A DNA stretch of 64,000 nt. It comes from Lama glama. Taxonomy: Eukaryota. The notes below the pieces were generated by a model. It was not told the DNA's origin. It was given only the letters and a program-made list of their open reading frames with translations, and did no database searches. Both the position numbers and the translations under genes were made by a program. The stretch lies in NCBI GenBank assembly GCA_028534125.1, contig CM052849.1, positions 2,108,001 through 2,172,000 on the forward strand. The letters are read 5' to 3'. Positions 13,051 to 25,268 of the stretch are shown piece after piece. Numbering within the stretch: the stretch's first letter is position 1; every line of letters starts with the position of its first letter.

Positions 13051-15546
13051 CCCAAGCTGATAAAAAAATTCAGCCAGAAACAAAGCCCCGACAGTGGCAG
13101 TTAACTCATGCAGCCCTCCCGCGAAGGGGGGGTTGGACCAGCTTCCCATCTACCAGGTATGGCGCGTGAGTTCCCCAGGCGGCAGAGGTAACAGGGCTGG
13201 GACATCTCGGGCTCCTCAAGTCCTGAGACTCTCCCAGCTGGGGAGCCAGGGAGCCTGAGCCTGCTGTGCTGATCTGAAAGGGACGATGTCTGTCTGTCCC
13301 TAGGGAGACCCAGCGCCCAGCCCCGGTGGCTCACATGTGAACACACAGCTTGTGGCTCCACCATGGAAAGTCGGCCCCACCTCTCACCCCGTGTTCCTGC
13401 TGCAACATCTGATACACGAAGGTAGTTCAAGGACACCAGGGAAAGCAGGGAAACTTTCCCAATTCCAGCATTCATCAGAGCATGAACCTCAAAAAGAGTT
13501 TCCAAGCGACTTCAGAGTGTTATTCAGGGAAGACTGTGGTTGTTGTTTCTGCCCACAACAGATGGGGGCTTCAGGACGGGGAGCACCTATGACAAAATAC
13601 AGCTCCTGCTCTCTCTCTGGCCACGGGAAAGGGGTCCCAGGTGACAGAATCTGAACAAAAGAGGCACCTCACACCGTCCTCGCATCCTCGCTCCAGTGTG
13701 TCTGCAACCCAGAGTGGTGGACGGAGGGGACGGCCAACAGGAAAGCCGCACCTCGGAGCGGAACCCTGGACCACCATGAGCCCAGGCAGGCAAGCATTCA
13801 GCCAGCTGGGTGTCTGGGGGCCCAGGAGGGCTGGGGCCTGGCATTCAGTCACCGCGTGCTCTGTGCAGTTGGGGGAGCCTGGTGACCTCGGCCACCCAAC
13901 CCTGCAGGACTGGTTTCCCTGGAGAGGTTGCACAGGAGGCCCGGGTAACCCTGGAATCAGGATTGGAGGTGGAATCCCGGTCACAGAGGCCTGACGGGCA
14001 GCTGTCTTCCAGGGAGTCCCAGGACGGGGGCTCGAGGTGCTGGGAGGCGGCTGCTCCAACAGTGGCCAGGCTCTTGTATCCAGATGCCCCCCACCAGACT
14101 CCACCTAAAGAGACGGCCCCCCCTTCAGACCCACAAAGGTGCGCACACCTGAACCTCACACATTAGAAGACAGATGTCGACCCGGCATCTCCATCAGCCT
14201 CAGGTCCCGTAACAACCCCTTCCTTTTGTACAAGGTCCACGCATCCTCGTCTCGGTTACGTGTGGACCCTGAGCCTGAGCCCCACCCTTCATCTGACTGC
14301 CCCATTTCCCTGATCCCACTAACCCTATAAAAGCCACATGCTCGGCTCCTCTTGGGCCCTCAGGTCAGCAAAGGGCCAAGGAAGGCCCCTGACCTGCCCA
14401 CACGGCGGGCCTCACCTTCCCTGGGACCTGAACCAGGATCCACAGCCACCTCTGCCGGATGCATTCCTGGCCAATTTGGGCCCCTGAGCCCTTTCAGAAA
14501 CCCTTGTTCTGTTCTCCAGCACCTTCTGCCTCCAGTTTTATGGTCCCTGAAGGCAGGGGAAGCACTCTTTCTGGAGACAGATAAACCAGGCTACAGTCTG
14601 GGCAGGTGACCTACCGTTCCTCAGCCTCCTCACCTGCTGGGGTGAAGATGGGACCTGCTGTGTAGAACTGCCTCAGCTCAGCTGAGACAGGGCACCCAGA
14701 GGCCCCCTTGAGCCCCTGATTGGAGCCGAGCCCATTACTCAGGGACCCGATGACCTCACAGCACAAGGCCGTCCCTCAGTCCACACTCTGGTGTGGACGT
14801 CCCCAGCTACAAACCAACCCCTCCCGCATTTCTCCAGCCTGTCCACAGGACATGTCCTGGCTCCCGCAAGGCTCAGGGGCGCTGCTGTCCAAGTCTCTGG
14901 CATTCAATATGCCTCCAGGTTCCCAAAAGAGCTACTGCGGGTGCTGGGGCCACACAGAAGGCCTGGTCTCACCTGAGAACTCCTCTCCCACAGCCCTGAC
15001 TATTACTGACTAGTCTTCCCTCCCCAAACCACTTCTCTTTCTTTCCTTCTTTTTTAAAAAAAATTATTGATGGATTCAAGAGCCTTTAATTTAGAGAACT
15101 GCAAAAATGAAATAAAGTACAAAACCCCCACAGTTCCCGCCCGTGTGTGCCCCTCCAGGCGCCGCCCACCCCACCCCTCCGCCCGGAGCCTGAGTCCTGC
15201 TCCCTGGGCAGCAGCTTCCTTCTGGTCCAAAGGGGACCAGGCTAGAGACTGGGAACCCTGAGTGAAACTGAGCGGAGCCAGAAAGGACCAGTGATGTCAG
15301 CGGGGTAGGGGGAGGGAAGGAAGCAGCCCCGCTGGCTGGTCTTGCACGGGGTCCTGCATGGGCGCTGCGGCGACACCCCCTCCTCGTGGCCCGCCCTTTG
15401 CAATCGGAGGCAGTAAGACACAGCCAGGCTCACGCCGCCTACCCTGGCAGCGCACGCCCAGGGGGGTGTCGGGCTCAGGGAGAGGCCTGGTCCCCTCCGC
15501 AGGTCACCCCCACAAGGCTGCCAGGCCCCTGCTGCATGTCACTCAC

Positions 15547-15732
15547 CAGCTTCTGGAAGAGGTCACCCACGCACTGCTGGCGGCCCCACTGCTGCACGCG
15601 GGGGAGGAGCCCATCATAGAAGTCCTTGTGGACCTCGTAGAGCTCGGGCACTTTGAAGAAGATGGTCTCGATCTGCTGGCTCGTCAGCACCGGCTGAGAG
15701 GTGGTGGCGGCGGCCTTCAAAGGCTTCATGGG
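15547..15732 (-). CDS. BCR: BCR exon 4 (186 nt): [32 protein letters not shown]...VGDLFQKL (DH domain)
   Basis: ctcttccag|CCC acceptor, CTG|gtgagt donor, phase 0/0. Confidence 0.98.
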
Positions 15733-16075
15733 CTGGAAGAGGGTACGGGTGACGGGTGGAGGGGGCACGGGTGAGCGGGCTCGCTGTTTTGTCAGGTGCA
15801 TTGTGGTCACATGACATACAAGCTTTTAATTTTAAATTCTATTAACAACAAAAATTGAAAGCCAGCTTGGTTGGCACTGAGTCTTATGCTGGCACCCCCC
15901 CATCCCCCGACCCACCCAGGGAGGTCCAACCCCTACGGAGGTGGAATGTTTTGACCCCCACCCCCCACAGGTGTGTCGAGGACTCCCGGGCCGTGACCTG
16001 TGACCCGTAAGCTGGGAGTGTGCGCAGCGCTCTCGGGGCCCCGCCCGCCCGGCTCAGCCCCTGCACCCTCCTCAC

Positions 16076-16180
16076 CAGCAGCAGTGCCTCCAGGTGGCTC
16101 AGGTACGTCTCCTCACTAGCCAGGATTCCGGACAGGACCCATTTCCTCATCTCCAAGCCCTTTTCCAGGTCCAGCTCAGT
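16076..16180 (-). CDS. BCR: BCR exon 3 (105 nt): TELDLEKGLEMRKWVLSGILASEETYLSHLEALLL, start of DH domain
   Basis: tttctcctgcag|ACT acceptor, CTG|gtgagg donor, phase 0/0. Confidence 0.98.
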
Positions 16181-16934
16181 CTGCAGGAGAAACAGGCACA
16201 TGTCAGATCATCCGTGGACGGTGCCTGGGGTGGCCCCCTCAGAGGGGAAGCCGGCATGTCAACCTGAGGACCAGCCTCCCAAGAAGGTTCCAGGTGGGAT
16301 TAAGAGGAGGCAAGGGAGCCCCTTGTTTGCGGTCACTGCAAATTCTGGAGGGTCATCTGGCAGAGCCGAGGGCCACCCTTGGTCTTGACACTGAGAAGTG
16401 GGCAGGTGGGGCAAAGCCTGTCTCCGCACCTTCTGCCTGTGACCAAGGAGCAGCTACCCTGGAGGAAGCTGAGCCCAGGGGGCGTCAGGCCGCCTCCCAG
16501 CCACCCTGACTCCCTCCGCCGCTGCCCCTCCTCGCCTGGTTCCGGCTTTGCCGGCTTCTGCACCGTGGCCGTCTGACCCTTGGACTGACCGGTCGGGCAG
16601 TACCGCCTCCCTCCACACATCCTCCTCCTTCCCAGCCACAGGGGTGGAGCTAGGGTGCTGCCACCTGCCCAGGGGAACCTGGTGCCCTGGGCTCAGGGCC
16701 TCTGTCCACTGAACCTGCTCTACTGAGCCCATCTGCAGACTCGGACTTTGTTGGCAGAGACCCCCTTACCACTGGGCTATGCAAAGGGCCCCCCTACCTA
16801 CTACCAAACACCCCTACTACAGCGTGTCAGGTGACGCTCTGCTGACTTTGTCTCCAAACCCAGAGCCGATGAGTCACTGGGTGCAGGTGCAGGGGGTAGA
16901 GTCCACATGGCCGGAAGACTGCCCTCCCCCCAGG

Positions 16935-17560
16935 TGTGATGGTGTTACCGGTGCAGTGTGTCCCTGGTGCCTCAGGACGTCACTGTACTCAGAGACAGGG
17001 TCTTTAGACAAGTAATTATGTTAAAACGAAATCATTAGAGTGGACCCTAGTCCAACGTGTCTGGTGTCCTGCTAAGAAAAGATTAGGTACAAACGTCCAG
17101 TTATAGAGCAAGTCAGTCCTGGGACATCCTGTACAGCTGGTGACGACAGCTCATAACGCTGCATCGTATAAATGAAAGCTGCTAGGAGAGTAGATCTTAA
17201 GTGTTCTCATCACAAGATAAAAATTTTGTAACTATCATGGAGTTGGATATTAACTAGACTTACACTTAGTGATCATTTTTCAATGTGTACATATATTGAA
17301 TCATCGTTTGTCCACCCGAGACTAATGTAATGTTATAAGTCAGTATCTCAACATAAAAAAGAAGAGGAGATTAGGACACAGACACGCATAGGGGAAGACA
17401 CAGGGAAAGGACGGGCACCAAGGAGAGAAGCCTCAAGAGAAACCAACCCTGCAGACATCTAGATCTTGGACGTCCAGCCTCCAACACCGGGAGAGCTCAA
17501 TCTGTGTTGTTTAATGCCCTCTCCATGGCACACTGTTACAGACGCCTGGGAAACCATGAC
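16935..17560 (+). mobile_element. MLT1-like LTR interrupted by an L1 3' end (17088-17361)
   Basis: MLT1 blocks on both sides of an AT-rich L1MA-type 3' end with A tail; degenerate TSD. Confidence 0.75.
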
Positions 17561-20500
17561 TGGGCAAAGGTGACGAAACTGCCATTTTCATCGACTTCCT
17601 GGCCCCCAGTCCACTTGACCCAGACCCCTGGCGAGGCAACCCCGTGCTCCATGGGGCTGAGGCTGCCCTCCCTCTGCCCAGCCTGTGTCTGAGGGAGGCG
17701 CCAGGCAGGTGGGGCCCTATGTGCAGAGAAGGGGTCATAACAGCCTGCCCATTCTCCACAGGTGACGATGGGACAGCCCCACCGTGGCGGCCCTCAGCAC
17801 CGCTGATGTCTGGGGCTGCAGGACTCTTTTGGGTGCTGGGGGGCCACGATGTGCTCTGTGGCATGTTGAGTGGCATTTCCTGCCTCTGCCCACCAGACAC
17901 CAGCAGCAAGACCCTCACCCCCGGCTGGGACAGCGGCAGGTGTCTACAGATGTTGCCCTATGGGGGCGTCACCCCGTGGGGGCCAAAGCACCCCCAGGTG
18001 ACAACCTGGCTGAGGCCAGCTCAGGGCTCATGGTGTCACCACAGAGTCTGGAACCGGACCCCCAGCACAGCCCCTCTGTGTCCCCAACCCTGCTGGTCTT
18101 TCCTCCAACCTGGCCTGGCGGGAGGGAGGCACTTAGCAAACAGGGACAGACAGCAAGCCCAGCAGGAAGCACTTGGGGCCAAGGGTCGGGGGAGTGAGGC
18201 CGCCACGCCAGGCCCGCCCAGCGAGCCCCACCATCTCAGACAACTGCCATCCTGTCCTGAGCCTTGGCTGCCCATGGAGGTGGTGGGGGCACCTGGGGAA
18301 GGGGGCCCAATCCCCACGTCCACCCTGCTTCTGCTTCCTGCATCCCCAGGGCTTACCACATCCTGGCTGCCCACTGGGACCAACCAAAAAGGTTTCCTGG
18401 ACCACCACTCTACTCTGGGACTCTCGGCGTGCACGAGCCAAGTGTAAGCATGTGTGTGCTTGTATGTACGTGTGTGTACGTGCTTGAGTGTGTGCATGCA
18501 CAGGGGGCAGCCACTGTGGCTTAGAGCCACTCCAGGGAAAGGACACCTGCGACCCACACCAAAACGCCCCCTGAGGCCACACTGCCCAGCAGCTCCACTT
18601 GGGGGCGGTGCCTGGGGCTCGCTGTGCTGATCCTGAAGCTCCCTGCGCCCCGCACCACACCTGGAACACACACAGGTGCTCCGCTAAGATTCATGGAATA
18701 AACGAACCAATGAGGGGGTCCAGAACTCCTGGCTGGGCCCTAGCTGGGCTGCATCTTAGGGCCCCTCCGGGGAACCCTCGTCTGTGAGACAGGCAGGTCC
18801 CAGGATCCAGGACCGTCCAGGCAGCCTGCTCTGGGGCCCCTGGCGCCACCAGTGTCAGCACAGACGTGCAGCGTCAGGGGACCCTGTCCCCTTCTCTCAT
18901 CTCAGACCACAGAGGCCACGTTGCCTCGGGGAAGCAGCTCTCAGCTGACCCTGCACGCACCTCCCATCCTGTCTGGGCACCCTTCCCGCCCGAGTGAGGG
19001 ACGGGGTGCAGGCTTGTGTGCTTAGGAACAATCCCTCTCCTGTGAGCTTGGCGGGGGAGCCCCGCTGGGCACAAGATGCCGTCTGGTTCCCACCCCCGCG
19101 GTTTGGAGAGCCGGGAGGAAACAGCACAGGCAGGACGGCGCCGAGTCCAGCGCTCGTTCCGAAGGGCACAGCCAGCTCAAGGGAACGTCTGAGCAGGGGC
19201 CCGGGCACCTCTCCTCCTGAGCCCTGAGCAGGCCAGTAGCATCAGACAGGGGCGGCTCGGACACCAGCCAACCCCCTCGGCAGGAGAGACGGTGGAGGGT
19301 GAGTGTAGAAGAGAGAGTCAGGGCCGGACGGGACCAGCGCCCCTGGTGACCCCGCACGTGCCAGGTCTGGAGAGGGCACGTGAATCCATCCGTCCAGGAT
19401 GGCGGAGGATATGGGGAGGAAGCGCAGGAAAAGGGCAAGTGGAAAAGAAGAAAGGATGGCCACCGGCCACTGCTGCCCGGGAGGATGGGGGAGGGAGGAA
19501 CACAAATTCTGCAGCTAAAAGGATGGATAAAAACAGAACTGGGTGTGATGACAAAGCAGGAAAGCCAAGGGAGGCACCCAGGTGAACAGGCGCTGAGGGT
19601 GGGATGGGCAGAGCTCTAGGGGCACCTCTCACCCCCACCCCCACCCTGGGGTGATCGGGAGGTGCAGAACCTGGGGCTGTGAGAGGTGGGGTGCTCCTGG
19701 CTGGGAGGTGGCGGCCAGCACACCTGCTGGACAACAGACCCCTCCCTCCTTCTCTGGGCAGGGCCAGCGCCACGTGCGAGGGGGCTCCTGCAGTCCGAGT
19801 CCTCCACGCAGAGTGACCCTCGCACTCAGGGCAGGCAGGATGATTCCTGGGCCCACCCCGCAGGTTCTGGGGAGAAGAGAACCGGCCAAGGCACCAAACC
19901 CCGAGGTGTTGCAGCTTTGCAAGGAGGACGGGTGAGAACATCCATGACCCCCATTTAAGTCTGGACCCCAGAACCAGGGAACGTGGCTGAGCTGAGCCTG
20001 CTGCAGGCCTCCTGGGGGCCCCTGAACAACTGGTTAAAAACATGAGTCAAGAGTTATCATTTCTGTCCCACGGACACAATTGCTGACCAGGTGCACTGAG
20101 CATGGGGAGGAAAGTGGCAAAATCATAAGGCAGGTCCGTTGTCATCACTCTGGAGCCACCTTTTAGTTCCTTTGTAAAGACGTAAAACTGACTTCTGAGT
20201 AGGAGTGACCCACTGAATGAGTATATGCATTTATTTTGGCTCCCTCCTGAAAAAAAAACACTCACAAAACAAAAATACTCACTGTGTCGTGGGCCCCACC
20301 AGCCAAGGCCACTTCTGCTGATCCTGGGCGCACAGGCCTTCTGGGCCTCATGTGTCCATGACAGGCCCCCTGCTGGAGGCCGACCAGCCCCACCACGGAG
20401 CTGAGAGAAGGTGTGGGTGGGGTTGCGTCTGCCCCTCCCTGCTGAGGCCCAGTGCTGGACTCCAGGGCTGCCCCTCGCTGGTGCCCTGGCGACCGGGCCT

Positions 20501-20900
20501 GGCAGGTCACTGTGACCAGCAAACACAGTCACACAGCGTGTCCTTGGGTAAAAGGGGCAAGGGTACCGTGTGGGGTCTGGGGACAGAAGCCTGGACACTG
20601 TGCACTCAGACCCTGCTGGGGCCACCACCCCAGGTCCCGCTGCTTTAGACAGCAGCCAAGTTCTCAGCCTCAGCATGGGCTGCCTGCCTCCTCCACCCTT
20701 GGCTGGCAGCTCCATCACCTCCCTGCCTGGTACCCAGCAGGTGGTCTCCGTGCACCAGATGCAGGGCTGAGGGGTTTTAGTGACTCCGACTTCCGACCAC
20801 TGACGGCCCCATTACCTGCTTGCTACCTGCTCGTGAGGACGGTGGGTCTGCAGCCCAGCCTAGCCCCATTCACACCGGGCCCTCCCACCTGGGGACTCAC

Positions 20901-21067
20901 CGCTTTGGTGGCCTCTGGTGCGTCCCGGCTGCCCCTGCCCTTGCTGCCCAGGTGGGGCGAGGAGGAGGGCGAGTCGTCGATGTAGGGCAGCCCGTCCTGG
21001 TGCCGGCGCTGCTCCTCAGCCAGGTCCGCGGCACAGCCGTACCCCGGCGGCGTTCCGAATGATGCAT
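20901..21067 (-). CDS. BCR: BCR exon 2 (167 nt): (D)ASFGTPPGYGCAADLAEEQRRHQDGLPYIDDSPSSSPHLGSKGRGSRDAPEATKA
   Basis: Acceptor ...tacacacag|AT completes the phase-1 codon from exon 1. Donor GCG|gtgagt. Peptide matches BCR. This frame is not in the ORF track; read by hand. Confidence 0.96.
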
Positions 21068-21092
21068 CTGTGTGTACAGAGAGGCAGCCGGG

Positions 21093-21099
21093 GTTAGAG
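21093..21099 (-). promoter_or_regulatory. Likely branch point of intron 1 (CTCTAAC)
   Basis: Matches YNYTRAY; branch A lies 27 nt upstream of the exon 2 acceptor. Confidence 0.6.
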
Positions 21100-22089
21100 A
21101 CGGGGAGAGGGGCCGTACCCTACCTGTCACTTGCAGGTGTCAAACAGGGACCTCAGGTAGACTGACCTCACAACTGACTAGCCAAAGGCGGCAGGGCGAG
21201 GTGGGGTGGACCAGCGACTCGCTCCCCCAGCAACACAAGTCCGGGCTTTGAGCACTATCTGGGGCAGCGGGGCCTGAAAGGCGGCCCCCCAATGCTAGTG
21301 TCTAGATGTCAGGGACATCCTTTAATCCCTGTCCATGGAATCTGACCTGATCCTGCTGACCCAGGTGTAGGGCCAGGAACAGGCCGCAGGGCCCCTCCCA
21401 GCCAGGTGTCCCTCTGAGCAGAGTGGCTTATCCTGCAACAGGCTCCCTGCTATTTGGGACCATCTAGTTACAGAGCGAAAACCTTCCTCCTGCAGGCACC
21501 TGAAGGCGGTCACCCCGCCTCCCAGGCTAACTCCAAGCCCTTGGCCCTTCTGTCGCTCTGTTCTCAGAATTGTTCTAATCTAGGGGACCCCTCACTGGGC
21601 CAACAGCCTACGAGGGCCCAGCCCGTTCCAAGTCTCACATGAGGGCCACTTCTCAACTCCTTCCAAAGGGCACCCTCTCTGCTGTGGAATTTCTGAGAGG
21701 TAATTCCAGTTGGGTTAAGTCACTTCACTATGACTCAGCTGCAAGCAGCCCAGGCCACAGCACACGTGGCCTCCCAGGCAGTCAGCCCCCAGTTTACAAC
21801 CACCTCCACCACCAAACACACCCAGGCCAGGTGGGCACAGGGCCTGGCACAGGGCCACTCTTGGGCCCCCGGACTGTAGATAGGCGACTGTTTTCAGCTC
21901 TTTCCACGTGGGCAGCTGAGAGGAGTGGCAGCTGGGGTGGCTGGTTGCTCACTGCAGGCTAAGACCGACCGCCAAGCCTGGGTGTCCACAGACGGCCAAA
22001 GTCCCAGTCCCCTGCACGCCTGTGCCTCACCCCAGTTTCTCCACCCCCATGTCCCAGCTAGACCTGTGACTTCTAACAGGTGTCCTGAG

Positions 22090-22230
22090 CCCTGGTGACA
22101 CATCAGTGTCACCTGGGGAGCTTTGAAAACATAACAGGCGGGCCCAAGACAGACCAACTGAATCAAGATGCCTGGAATAGCCTGGGTCTTAGTGACCATT
22201 AAGGATTCCTCGGGGATTCCAGAAAGCAGC
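22090..22230. mobile_element. MER5A-like fragment
   Basis: catcagtgtcacctggggagcttt...agaccaactgaatcaaga. Confidence 0.55.
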
Positions 22231-22530
22231 CGGGGCACAGACTCAAGGCACTACCTCCACCAGGATGGACACGTGCTGGCTGACTCCACCACTACCCCGT
22301 GTCCCTGGTGCCTGCATACAGGTGCCGACTGCATACAGGTATGTCCACAGGAGGGTAGCAGACCAGGTGGAGGACCCTGAGAGCTGGGTGGGTTCCTTCA
22401 GCAAGCTGCGGAGGCACCCTGGTACCTCTCAATCTTGTGGACCCTTAATCCATGGGCCACTGAAGGGGCTGCAGGTACCAGGATCACTGTTTTGGGTTAT
22501 CACTGCTCAGATGCCCTGGACCTTGGGCTT

Positions 22531-22639
22531 TGGGGGTTTTTTTGGGGGGGGGTAATCAGGTTTGTTTATTTAATGGTGGTACTGGGGGTTGAACCCAGGA
22601 CCTCATGCATGCTAAGCACACACTCTGGCACTGTACCCA
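22531..22639 (-). mobile_element. tRNA-derived SINE (camelid Vic-1-like)
   Basis: Reverse strand reads ...gcttagcatgcatgaggtcctgggttcaacccccagtaccaccattaaataaacaaacctgattacccccccc plus an A-rich tail; B-box GGTTCAA present. Confidence 0.8.
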
Positions 22640-24699
22640 AGTTCTGCCTCCTCCTCCCATGAATTTTCAAAGGCACTTAACTAGTTCTCACCCAGCATCC
22701 CTGAAGACAGCTGTGGAGGGTTCGATTGTATTAGAAAACACAAAACCCTGTTAACGCAGACCCCTAATCCCCCACCCCGCCCCCAAAATGACTCTGATTT
22801 CAGCTTCCACTTTCTTTGGGGGAATCACAGATTTTTCTTTTTTGAATAAAACCAACACAGAGGCCTTCTTGTCCTAAGTCACTGCAACCCCTATTCGAAA
22901 CTTGCCAACCACTGGAGCTGTTTCCCAGGGCAGGCGGGGGGCAGGCGCAAGGGCAGAAGGCCTCAGCTGTCGTGGCCTTGCTCCCGTGAACCTGAGTGGT
23001 CCCCCTAGGTCACCAAGCTCTTTGCTCTAGTCCTGCAACCTAGGACTTGCCCTCCAGGTGGGCCAGCTTTAAGCTGGGGTGGGAACTTCTCTGAAGCAAG
23101 AGGCTCTGGTCCTGCCAGGTGGCCGCACCCCTGAGATGGTGCAGGTCAGTGAGCCATCCATGTCTCGGGTTTCCTGACTTAAAATTGGGCCTGTGAACTG
23201 GACCATGGATAGAGGCCCCCTCAGCTCTAAAACGTCACTGTCGCTCCTCAGGGTGGTGGCTGTGCCCTCCCCTCCCCACCTCCTTCAGCAGCTCCCATCC
23301 TCTGCCTCCCGCCCAACCCCGCCTCTGCACCTGGCTTTTACATTAGCTCAGAATCATCAGCGTCCCCATGTCCTAAGAATCTTTGAACTGTTTTTCAAAA
23401 CAGCAATCTTAGAAAAATCAACATATTCTTCATCTCCTGGAAGAACACCCACCCTCTTATCTGAGCACGCCACCTGATTTCCAGGCCTGTGACTACACTG
23501 AGCTCACGTCCAAGGTTAAATCAACACCCAGGAAGCCCTCAGTGAGGACCTCAAGGTTGAGCTCAGAGCCCCAGGGCTCACCCCGGAGGATTTGCAAGAA
23601 CTCACGTTTGTGAAGTCACGAGATGATTCAGCAACACCCAGGATAAAACCTGGTACAAAATCAAGTCACTGGTGCGGGTCTGCCGGTCAGTGTCGAAGGA
23701 ACCATCGGCTCCGACGTGGATGCTTCTTCACCTACACCAGGTGAGACTGAGGGACCAGGTTGGCAGCCAGGCTCTGGGGGGTAATTACGAGGCTCCCCGG
23801 CAACTAAAACCCAGCTGTCTTCCCAGCCTGCACACATCTCCCCAAACCGACGTCTGAGGAACTGACGCTTTAACGTCTGGGTTCTGGCCAGCCGGTCACC
23901 CCCCCTGCATTCTACCTGGGGGCTCAGGCCAGTCACTGTCCAGCTGATCTGGACTCGACCCCCACATTTTGCTGATTCCCCTAGGCTGTCCCAATGCCAG
24001 CGTGGTGGGCGAGAGGAGAGCCTGCGCCCTACCTACTCACCTTCTAACTGGGGCACAGGGACCCGCCTTCCTCTCACAGCGTGGTTTTCACACCTGAGGT
24101 CCCCCCACAAGGCGGGGCTCCCTCCTCTTGAGCATAAGGCGCATTATTAGGGGATTTTTGAAAGCTGCTGTCTCCCCAGAACCAAAGCCAAGCAGAGAGA
24201 GGCCAGGAACAGCCACGGGGAAGACTGCTCCGGGCCCAGCCACCCCAAGAAGGACTGGGGACCTGGTGGCTGCAGCAGCTGGGCGCTCCCTGCCAAGCTC
24301 TCCCCTAAGCTGAAGCCAAACATGGGAGAGCAGGGGGTGTGGGCCTGGGATCCGACAGCCTCTGGAGGCTCAGGGAGAGGAGGGCAGCTCCACTGAACCG
24401 CTCACCAGCAGAGAGGGGAGCAGGAGCGTGGACTGATTCATGGCCCCCGGCTCAGTGTGGAGAAGGGACTGCACAATGAAGTCCGAAGCCTCCTCCTCTC
24501 CAGGCAAGCTGACTCAAAGGCCCCAAGCCCGGCAGTCTGCAAATCTAAAGTCTAATCTCTGGTGCAAAAAGAAAGGCAGCCCCCAGCTGAAAAAGTAGGA
24601 GGAGTTAAGTCCCGGGGCGGCGGTGGGGGGGTGTCCCAGTCAGTGCCCAGGTCACGCCCATTCTTACACCTCAAGGCCAACGCTGGTTTAGAAAACAAT

Positions 24700-25268
24700 C
24701 CTTCAAAAAATTAAACTGAGAATGACTACACGATCCAGCAATCCCACTTCTGGGCATGCATTCAAGGAAACTGAAAGCAGGGACCGGAAGAGTTATTTGC
24801 ACACCAACGTTCACAGCAGCATTACTCACAACAACCAAATGATGGCAGCAACCCACGCATCCATTGATGGATGAATGGGCCAGTCTATCCGTCCAGCAGA
24901 ATATCACTCAGCTTTAGAAAGGGAGGACACTCCAACACGTGCCAGACCACGGAGGAACCTCGAGGACGCTGTGCTCAGTGAGCCGGGCCAGTGACAGAAG
25001 GGCAGATGCACTCCAGCACTGCACTGAGATGGGGTCCCCAGAGCAGGCAAATTCACAGACACAGCAAGTGGGACAGGGGCTCCGGGGGGCTGGGGCTGGG
25101 AGGGAATGGAGCTACTGATTAACGGGGACAGAGTTTGGGTTTGGGAAGATGAAAGGAGATCCGGAGATGGATGGTGGGGATGGTTGCACAACAATGTGAA
25201 TGTGGTTAACGCCACTGCACTGCACACTTACAAGGATAAAAATGGTCCATTTTATGTTACGTATACAG
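24700..25268 (+). mobile_element. L1M (L1MB-like) 3' fragment
   Basis: gatccagcaatcccacttctggg...ttcacagcagcatt...gatggttgcacaacaatgtgaatgt...gccactg. Confidence 0.8.
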
